DNA from: a virus
Taxonomy: Duplodnaviria; Caudoviricetes
DNA: 34,625 bases
Virus record (IMG/VR): IMGVR_UViG_3300005805_000250
Location: 1-34,625 of that record
Strand: one strand, 5' to 3'
Made by a program: the position numbers and the translations under genes. Numbering within the stretch: position 1 is the first letter of the stretch; each line of letters starts with the position of its first letter. Shown piece after piece: positions 28,921 to 34,625 of the stretch. Under the pieces are notes generated by a model. The model was not told the DNA's origin. It saw only the letters and a list, made by a program, of their open reading frames with translations, and ran no database searches.

Positions 28921-29104
28921 ACACGGCATACCCACGCGCCGAGTGATTAAGACTCGTTCGTTGGTGATGGTTGGTAATCGTACCCGTAAGGGTACTCGAA
29001 CCTCTTTCACTAATCTTCAAGTCTCACGCGACTTAAAAGCGTGTGAGGCTTACTGGTTGAAAGTGTTAAAAACTACTGAGGAGGCGTTAAATGAAACGAA
29101 ATAA
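28907..29104 (+). CDS. Small basic hypothetical protein (65 aa)
   Basis: GAGGTG RBS and GTG start; contains a palindrome copy. Confidence 0.55.
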   Translation: MKKYKHGIPTRRVIKTRSLVMVGNRTRKGTRTSFTNLQVSRDLKACEAYWLKVLKTTEEALNETK

Positions 29105-29240
29105 TTTTTCGGCACAAAATCAGCGTGCGCCCATTGTTTTAACTAGGCGTGGCGAGAAGTTGATGATATTTAGTATCTTTGCAATATCATTGACCATTGT
29201 TGCGTTTGCTGATAGTATTAGAGGTATGTTAAATATGTAG
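29091..29240 (+). CDS. Small membrane protein (49 aa)
   Basis: GAGGAGG RBS; LTRRG motif then a hydrophobic helix. Confidence 0.65.
   Translation: MKRNNFSAQNQRAPIVLTRRGEKLMIFSIFAISLTIVAFADSIRGMLNM
29183..29218 (+). promoter_or_regulatory. Early promoter P3 (intragenic)
   Basis: AATATCA-TTGACC(29190)-N17-TAGTAT(29213). Confidence 0.75.
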
Positions 29241-29270
29241 ATTTCAAGTACCCGTGAGGGTATTTGATTA

Positions 29271-29343
29271 GTGGTTGGTATCAAAGGTAGTCTAGCGTTG
29301 CAATTCGCCTACGCTTGTGAACCATACTTGCTCTGCCAACCAC
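29271..29343 (+). ncRNA. Candidate structured RNA
   Basis: 10-bp closing stem GTGGTTGGTA/TGCCAACCAC and inner AGCGT/ACGCT; flanked by two palindromes. Confidence 0.45.
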
Positions 29344-29389
29344 ACCCCCAAAGTACCCGTAAGGGTACAGAAAATATGGAGAAGGCAAT

Positions 29390-29809
29390 ATGTCAGAGGA
29401 AAATAATCAAGAGACTACACCTAGTCCTCTTGAGGCAGTTCAGCAAGAAATAACTAAGTTAAAAGAGCAGTTAGAGCAAGCGCAAACTGATTATCGTGGC
29501 AAGATTAACCAAGTTACTCAGATACGCGCATCTGTTCATCAGTTCTTTACTGACGCTTTTGACAGTAGTTATGATGACGCAACTATTAACTTAACTGATG
29601 TTAATGAGTTGTTATCAAGTATCGGTGCGTCTCAACTTGAACAAGAGTTCGAGGGTCGCGTCACGATTACTTATTCATTTACAGTTAAGGCTGAAGATGA
29701 AGATGACGCCAGAAGCAGGGTTGAAGATGCCGTGAGCAGTTTGGAAAATCAAATTGACGCTGGTGCTGATGACTCGTATTCTGAGGAGTCAATCGAGGTG
29801 GAGTTCTGA
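29390..29809 (+). CDS. Acidic coiled-coil hypothetical protein
   Basis: 139 aa, GGAG RBS after a palindrome. Confidence 0.8.
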   Translation: MSEENNQETTPSPLEAVQQEITKLKEQLEQAQTDYRGKINQVTQIRASVHQFFTDAFDSSYDDATINLTDVNELLSSIGASQLEQEFEGRVTITYSFTVKAEDEDDARSRVEDAVSSLENQIDAGADDSYSEESIEVEF

Positions 29810-29898
29810 TGTATTGGGGAGACTATCTCGCTATTGCAATCGTACTTAGTGTCGGCTCGTTCGTGCTAGGTATTTTCTACAACCAAAGAAAAAAATAG
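29809..29898 (+). CDS. Single-TM peptide (29 aa)
   Basis: MYWGDYLAIAIVLSVGSFVLGIFYNQRKK; TGATG coupling; stop overlaps a palindrome. Confidence 0.65.
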   Translation: MYWGDYLAIAIVLSVGSFVLGIFYNQRKK

Positions 29899-29928
29899 TA
29901 CCCGAACGGGTACGGAAAATGAGGAGAA

Positions 29929-30369
29929 ATGGGTAAAGGAATAAATATAAAGATACCTAAAGATAAACTTTTAGGTGCTTTAGAAGAAAAGTTAAGTGTG
30001 ATACAAAATACTCAGGCTGAGTATGAACACCAACTAAAGATATCTGAAGAAGAAGAAAAGGATTACAAAGAACAAGTTAAGAAAATTGTTTTAAGTAATC
30101 CTCAATTTATGGGTGAAGTGTCTCATAATTGGCGTGGTAACGGGAACATATTTGAGATAATGGTAGAGATACCTTTGTCTCTTATGCCTCCAGAAGTTCA
30201 AACACCGACTAAGCCTTATGGTGGTGGGCGTGGTTATGGCAGGAACTATGTGAGCAACGATTATGATGACATTGTTGCTGACCTTACTAATGCTATTCGT
30301 ATGCTCAAGTTATCTGATGAAGAAGTTGTTTCAACAGCAACTTACGCTTCAGTATCGAGGTTTTTATGA
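29929..30369 (+). CDS. Hypothetical protein
   Basis: 146 aa, GAGGAG RBS after a palindrome. Confidence 0.8.
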   Translation: MGKGINIKIPKDKLLGALEEKLSVIQNTQAEYEHQLKISEEEEKDYKEQVKKIVLSNPQFMGEVSHNWRGNGNIFEIMVEIPLSLMPPEVQTPTKPYGGGRGYGRNYVSNDYDDIVADLTNAIRMLKLSDEEVVSTATYASVSRFL

Positions 30370-30605
30370 GACCATTACACGAAATTGCACGCGAAATTAA
30401 CGACGATTGGCGTGTGCAGGGTAAAGGCGTGAGTCCTTATGCTCGCCCTTATCTGGACGCTCTCCATACTTTGGAGAGTATTGACGAAAACTATTATCAA
30501 GATAGTGCTGATAGTGTTGTTCGTTACTTTTTGGCTAATGCCTCAACTTGGAAGGGTGAGAAGGCACGCGCCATTAAAAAAGAGTTAAACTCACTACTCA
30601 AGTAG
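30366..30605 (+). CDS. Conserved-looking phage hypothetical protein
   Basis: RPLHEIAREI...YARPYLDAL...FLANASTWKG pattern; ATGA overlap. Confidence 0.8.
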   Translation: MRPLHEIAREINDDWRVQGKGVSPYARPYLDALHTLESIDENYYQDSADSVVRYFLANASTWKGEKARAIKKELNSLLK

Positions 30606-30630
30606 TACCCGTACGGGTATTACCTCATAG

Positions 30631-30664
30631 ACAGCCCACGCTTCCCTTTCTCGGCGTGGGTTGT
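30631..30664 (+). promoter_or_regulatory. Hairpin with a pyrimidine-rich loop
   Basis: ACAGCCCACGC-TTCCCTTTCTCG-GCGTGGGTTGT. Confidence 0.6.
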
Positions 30665-30683
30665 CGCCTAAATGGAGGAATAA

Positions 30684-30962
30684 ATGGAGATATCAAATTT
30701 TAGAATTAAGATTTCAAAAAATAATAAACTATGTAGTTGCCAAGATAACGCTAAGGAAGGTTACTGCGAAATATGTATGGAAGAAGTTATCGCAGAAAAT
30801 ATGATGACAACTGACTATCTTGGTGCACTTATGCAAGAACCTTTCATTCAAGAGCATATCAAAATTATTCCTGTGGGTTTTGATGTTACTGAGCAGGAAA
30901 GGTTTTGGCACACACGACATTATGAGGAGGGTGGAAATGCCTACAATCGGCACACCGATTAG
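30684..30962 (+). CDS. Hypothetical protein with CxC and CxxC
   Basis: GGAGG RBS. Confidence 0.7.
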   Translation: MEISNFRIKISKNNKLCSCQDNAKEGYCEICMEEVIAENMMTTDYLGALMQEPFIQEHIKIIPVGFDVTEQERFWHTRHYEEGGNAYNRHTD

Positions 30963-31605
30963 TAATAATAAAAAACTAGGTTCAATGGCTGCGACTTATC
31001 GCACACCTGATACTTGTGCTAGTGATTGCCCGTTGTTCATTGACGGGAAACCTAAGTGCTATGCGTCGTCTGGTGGGGGTGGTGGCTCGTTTGCTCTTGC
31101 ACGCAAGTTTGGTAAGTCCACGCAGGAAGCGTTCCTACGACTTTCAACACAAACTCCTTTCAGGTCTGTCGTGCGTCATCTCGTTTCTGGTGATGTTGAT
31201 GATGAATACATTACTGAGGCTAACAAGTTACATAAGGATAGACCTGATTTGCGTGGTTATGGTTACACGCACGATTGGCGTAATCGTTCACCTGTTGAGA
31301 TTAACGGCTGGGTGCTTAACGCTAGTTGTGAAACACCTGAAGAAGTTGAGAAAGCGTTGGCTAATGGTTGGCAGGCTGTGATTGAGTCACCTGAAGATAG
31401 TACCCTTGCGGGTACTCGTATTGCTGGTAGACGCGTTGTTGCTTGCCCTAATCAGGAAGATGACAGAGTTAAGTGTGCTAGTTGTCGGCTGTGTACCACA
31501 AGTTCTGAAACACGCCCGATAGTTGAGTTCACTTTACACGGAAATAATGTTAAACTGTTAGCAGATATTATTATTAAGAAAAGAGGTGAACAAGATGGAA
31601 AGTGA
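30937..31605 (+). CDS. Cys-rich, GP88-like putative Fe-S protein (222 aa)
   Basis: Start reassigned to 30937 (GAGGAGG). NKKLG, C-x3-C-x9-CYA, RHLVSGD, YGYTH, NASC and C-terminal C-x9-C-x2-C-x2-C. Confidence 0.65.
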   Translation: MPTIGTPISNNKKLGSMAATYRTPDTCASDCPLFIDGKPKCYASSGGGGGSFALARKFGKSTQEAFLRLSTQTPFRSVVRHLVSGDVDDEYITEANKLHKDRPDLRGYGYTHDWRNRSPVEINGWVLNASCETPEEVEKALANGWQAVIESPEDSTLAGTRIAGRRVVACPNQEDDRVKCASCRLCTTSSETRPIVEFTLHGNNVKLLADIIIKKRGEQDGK

Positions 31606-31858
31606 GAAATGGCGTCTTGGTGAAATACTTGCCGAGATTAGTGACGACTACTCAATTAAATATGATGACAAGAAAAAAACTGCTGTCATAGGTGAGTATG
31701 AGTTCACAGAGTTAAAAGATAATCAGTTGCTGGTTTCTTATCGTATATATAAATCAGAGGATTGGTTTGAGGACTTTGAGGACACTATCGACGCAACACC
31801 TGATGATGTTCTTAATGTGTTAGAACACTCACCAGATTGGCGAGTGCAGTTCAATTAA
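31595..31858 (+). CDS. Acidic hypothetical protein
   Basis: GAGGTG RBS before ATG 31595; stop abuts a palindrome. Confidence 0.7.
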   Translation: MESEKWRLGEILAEISDDYSIKYDDKKKTAVIGEYEFTELKDNQLLVSYRIYKSEDWFEDFEDTIDATPDDVLNVLEHSPDWRVQFN

Positions 31859-31885
31859 GTACCCGTAAGGGTAGAATGGAGAGAT

Positions 31886-32065
31886 ATGAAAGATAGAGAG
31901 AGAAAAGAATACAAAGTCATAGTTACATTAGGTACAGAAATTATTAACATTTCTGCCTATGATGAAGTGTTGGCTATGAAAACAGCGCACGAAACAATCA
32001 TTGAGGCTTATGGTCTTGACCTTGCTGAGGACGCTGATTATATTGTTAGAGAGGTGACTGCGTAA
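31886..32065 (+). CDS. Small hypothetical protein (59 aa)
   Basis: Hand translation MKDRERKEYKVIVTLG...VREVTA; GGAG RBS. Confidence 0.75.
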   Translation: MKDRERKEYKVIVTLGTEIINISAYDEVLAMKTAHETIIEAYGLDLAEDADYIVREVTA

Positions 32066-32205
32066 TGGAACAGTTAGATGATGCTATCACTTGTCACGGG
32101 AAATCGTGGTCTGGTGTTGGTTGCCGTGTCTGTATAGATATTGAGAACGCAATACATAGCGAAGGATATGACCAAGGTTGGGTGAAGGAGTATGAGAATG
32201 ACTAA
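32065..32205 (+). CDS. Small Cys/His protein (46 aa)
   Basis: Hand translation MEQLDDAITCHGKSWSGVGCRVC...; TAATG coupling. Confidence 0.65.
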   Translation: MEQLDDAITCHGKSWSGVGCRVCIDIENAIHSEGYDQGWVKEYEND

Positions 32206-32590
32206 AGAAAAACCAATGATTAGTCTTACTGCTATGCAACATTTGGCTATTCTTGTTACATATAGGCAACTTGCTTGGGATTTGAAGCGTAAAACTAAAT
32301 CAAGTCCACCTCTTAAACATTTGAGCAAACTACTTGGTCAAAATTTTAAGAATAAAAAAGAAGCGTTCACTTTCATTCACGATTTGTTGGAATACAATGG
32401 TGAAGAAACTATGGACATATGTGGTATGGGTGATTGTCCAGGAATTAAAAAAGATAATATGCCTGCACCTAGTGTTGGTATATATCAGGTTACTTGGCAG
32501 GAAGATGTTGGCGTGCAATCTAAGCAAACAAAACTGTGCCAAGAGTGTAAGGATTATCTTGTAGAGCGCAAGGTAATTGAAGATATATAA
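32198..32590 (+). CDS. Hypothetical protein with four Cys
   Basis: AAGGAG RBS; CGMGDC and CQEC. Confidence 0.7.
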   Translation: MTKEKPMISLTAMQHLAILVTYRQLAWDLKRKTKSSPPLKHLSKLLGQNFKNKKEAFTFIHDLLEYNGEETMDICGMGDCPGIKKDNMPAPSVGIYQVTWQEDVGVQSKQTKLCQECKDYLVERKVIEDI

Positions 32591-32622
32591 AGTACCCGTA
32601 CGGGTAGAAATGGAGAAATAAA

Positions 32623-32799
32623 ATGTCAGAGGATATAAGAATAGGTGTGCAACTTACACCTAAAGAAATACAAGTTATTCATAGGGCATTGTCTTATTAC
32701 ATTAGTGATTGGACAGTAGAGTATGCAGAAGTTGAAATGAAACTTCTTAATGAATTAGCAGAAGTATTCAAACGCATAATAGTAATGGAGGAAGCGTAA
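32623..32799 (+). CDS. Small hypothetical protein (58 aa)
   Basis: Hand translation MSEDIRIGVQLTPKEI...MEEA; RBS after a palindrome. Confidence 0.75.
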   Translation: MSEDIRIGVQLTPKEIQVIHRALSYYISDWTVEYAEVEMKLLNELAEVFKRIIVMEEA

Positions 32800-33291
32800 A
32801 TGGCAACGCGTTCAGTAGTTGGTAGATATGTAGGTGACGACGCTTGGATAGGTCGTTATGTGCATTGGGACGGATACCCAGCCAATATGGTTATGGTGTT
32901 ACTCGAAATTGTTTTGCGTAATGGTTTCGATAAAGCCGTGAGCACTTTAGTGTTTGAGAACTATGGTTGGTCTGGGCTGTATCCGTTACCTAATAAAGAT
33001 GATGACGAAGGTTACATCAAAGGTTATGGTTATCCAATGAAAGATAGTAAAAGTGGTGATTGGATTACTTGGGAGACTGACCATTGGGGTACGGAATATG
33101 CGTACATCATTGAGCCTTCTAACAAGTCTGTAACTATTCTTGGATACGATTACAATGATAAGAAGTGGCGTAAGTCAGATGTAATTGATTTCGGTCCTGC
33201 TATTGCAAGAGTGCAATCAGGTGAAACTACTATTCAAGATGAGGTTGAACGCAGATGGCAGACATTATCAGTACTAGAGGGAGTAAGTTAG
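32800..33291 (+). CDS. Phage protein with an HWDGYP motif
   Basis: MATRS...YVHWDGYP...EYAY pattern; GGAGG RBS; function unknown. Confidence 0.8.
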   Translation: MATRSVVGRYVGDDAWIGRYVHWDGYPANMVMVLLEIVLRNGFDKAVSTLVFENYGWSGLYPLPNKDDDEGYIKGYGYPMKDSKSGDWITWETDHWGTEYAYIIEPSNKSVTILGYDYNDKKWRKSDVIDFGPAIARVQSGETTIQDEVERRWQTLSVLEGVS

Positions 33292-33635
33292 CACGATTAA
33301 CACACAAGGCTAAACGCCTTGATGTTAAAACTCCCTATTTCGAAACTGCTAAATGCAATAACCACCCAGACCCTGATTGGTTTTTTGACATTGAAGCAGG
33401 ACACGGGATAGCGCAAAAGAAATACTGCGTTGGTTGCCCTGTGATTAACGAGTGCCTCGACTATGCTCTTGATGTAAGAGTGTTAGGAGTATGGGGAGGC
33501 ACAACCCCAGAAGAAAGACATCAGTTAAGAATAAAAAATAATATAACTCCTGTTATGCTAACATTCGGACAACCAGATACATTTGGGGAAAGGTTTCACC
33601 CTAATGCAAGAAGAAGAAATACCAGAAATGATTAA
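33255..33635 (+). CDS. whiB: WhiB family Fe-S transcription factor
   Basis: C...PDWFF...CVGCPVINEC...GVWGG: four Cys plus the G(V/I)WGG turn. Start uncertain. Confidence 0.92.
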   Translation: MADIISTRGSKLARLTHKAKRLDVKTPYFETAKCNNHPDPDWFFDIEAGHGIAQKKYCVGCPVINECLDYALDVRVLGVWGGTTPEERHQLRIKNNITPVMLTFGQPDTFGERFHPNARRRNTRND

Positions 33636-33867
33636 CAAAGTATTCAAAGAACTAGGCATTGGTGAAGATGTTGAGAAATCACTTAGTGTCATTGAACAAC
33701 TTGTTAGCCAGATGGAAGAACTAATTACTGCAGACTATATGTGGGAAAATGCAATAGATGATGAAACATCACGCAGAGTTATCTGCGCTGCCGTTGGTGT
33801 GATTGCATTAAAATTTGCAGATGTAACAGAAGGAATGATAGACTTCATTAACAATGAAGATGAGTGA
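33604..33867 (+). CDS. Acidic helical hypothetical protein
   Basis: Likely ATG at 33604 within the ORF-track frame. Confidence 0.65.
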   Translation: MQEEEIPEMINKVFKELGIGEDVEKSLSVIEQLVSQMEELITADYMWENAIDDETSRRVICAAVGVIALKFADVTEGMIDFINNEDE

Positions 33868-34057
33868 TGACTTCACAAGCATACCAAGTGCAACCTGTAC
33901 TAAATGTGGTTGCGCTTGGCTACTTGTACCAACCCATTTTGATACCGAAACCTACGAGATTGACGCGTATGGTTTGCAGGGCGCAAAATGTTGGTCTTGT
34001 GATAGTGATGTTATCCCACCAATACCTATTGACTCACGATTGGATAATGATGATTGA
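33854..34057 (+). CDS. Zinc-ribbon-like protein
   Basis: CTKC and CWSC. Confidence 0.7.
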   Translation: MKMSDDFTSIPSATCTKCGCAWLLVPTHFDTETYEIDAYGLQGAKCWSCDSDVIPPIPIDSRLDNDD

Positions 34058-34151
34058 ACTAACTATTGGTATATTATTTATATTCACAAGTTATGTGATT
34101 ATTAAATATCGACAAAACGAAAAGAAAAGATTCTTTCGCAGTTTGCGTTAA
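34047..34151 (+). CDS. Single-TM peptide
   Basis: MMIELTIGILFIFTSYVIIKYRQNEKKRFFRSLR. Confidence 0.5.
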   Translation: MMIELTIGILFIFTSYVIIKYRQNEKKRFFRSLR

Positions 34152-34471
34152 TACCAATTTTTGCGATTATGATGTCGCAAGGCTTCACAGGGCGTGTCAT
34201 AACGATGCTCAATGTATCGTAACCCACGCTCTGTTTGTCTTTCTATCGGTAAACCATTAGGTGTTCTTAACATTTGAAACAATCCGTAAGCACTTGATTT
34301 TGGGTTATCTGCAACATTACTCCATTTAGATTCTCTATCTATTAACTCATTTATACATACCCATTGTTGCCCGTCCCAACCTTTTATCATAACCTGTTCA
34401 CGAACATAAGCCCGTGACACTTCGGCTGGAACTTCTCTTTCAATCGGTGGTGGTACATCTGGTAATAAAAT
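34148..34471 (-). CDS. Lytic transglycosylase-like (SLT/Rpf-related) protein
   Basis: RES catalytic Glu, NPKSSAYGLFQ, YIEHRY and terminal WY. Start is GTG 34420 or ATT 34471. Confidence 0.8.
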   Translation of the reverse strand: MLLPDVPPPIEREVPAEVSRAYVREQVMIKGWDGQQWVCINELIDRESKWSNVADNPKSSAYGLFQMLRTPNGLPIERQTERGLRYIEHRYDTPCEALRHHNRKNWY

Positions 34472-34584
34472 AGGTTCTCCTTACCTAGTAGTTAAAAAAC
34501 CCTTATAAAATAAGGACTTTTTCTACGCTCGAAACTTATCCAAGTTTCTCGCTATGTACCCTTACGGGTACAATCCTGTTTTTG

Positions 34585-34608
34585 TTCGCTTCGCTTCGCT
34601 ACGCTCAC
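34585..34608 (+). repeat. Pentamer tandem (TTCGC)3-TACGC-TCAC
   Basis: Read directly from the sequence. Confidence 0.7.
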
Positions 34609-34625
34609 ACCCACACCCCATACCC

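Larger units (their letters stand above)
26903..34571. repeat. Dispersed 16-bp palindrome GTACCC-N4-GGGTA(C/T/G), 12 copies
   Basis: Starts at 26903, 27673, 28628, 28980, 29248, 29353, 29898, 30605, 31400, 31859, 32592 and 34556. Confidence 0.95.

Noticed and set aside
29271-29350. tRNA (about 80 nt, ends in CCA)
   Set aside because: No T-arm GTTC motif or convincing cloverleaf; kept only as an ncRNA candidate.
33277-33290. Non-canonical TTA start for whiB after GAGGGAG
   Set aside because: Only 4-nt spacing and an in-frame ATG exists at 33255; unresolved without homologues.
34190-34198. Second WhiA-like GGCGTGTC
   Set aside because: Lies inside coding sequence (YDTPC) and is likely chance.
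26903-34571. Palindromes as a CRISPR array or integron attC sites
   Set aside because: Only 16 bp, with irregular spacing from ~100 bp to 2 kb. No cas or integrase gene in the window and no attC R-box structure.

Overview
AT-rich tailed-phage DNA, most likely a T7-like podovirus of low-GC Actinobacteria such as freshwater acI (inferred from whiB, TTGTCCACA-type DnaA boxes and an SLT/Rpf-like gene). Bases ~1.5-26.4 kb are a minus-strand late operon: terminase, portal, three putative ejection proteins, scaffold, major capsid, small basic proteins, collagen-like fibre, tail adaptor, S74-chaperone tail fibre, nozzle, holin and M23 lysin, with three interleaved glycosyltransferase-like genes. A largely non-coding switch at ~26.45-27.7 kb carries two DnaA-box clusters and polar repeats. 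The plus-strand early region (27.7-34.1 kb) has three host-type promoters and many small genes, punctuated by 12 copies of TACCC-N4-GGGTA. The best candidates for undescribed biology are this palindrome cassette system, the DnaA-box/repeat locus, a promoter-driven structured RNA and a pseudoknotted scaffold leader. All calls are by-eye motif recognition; no searches were run.
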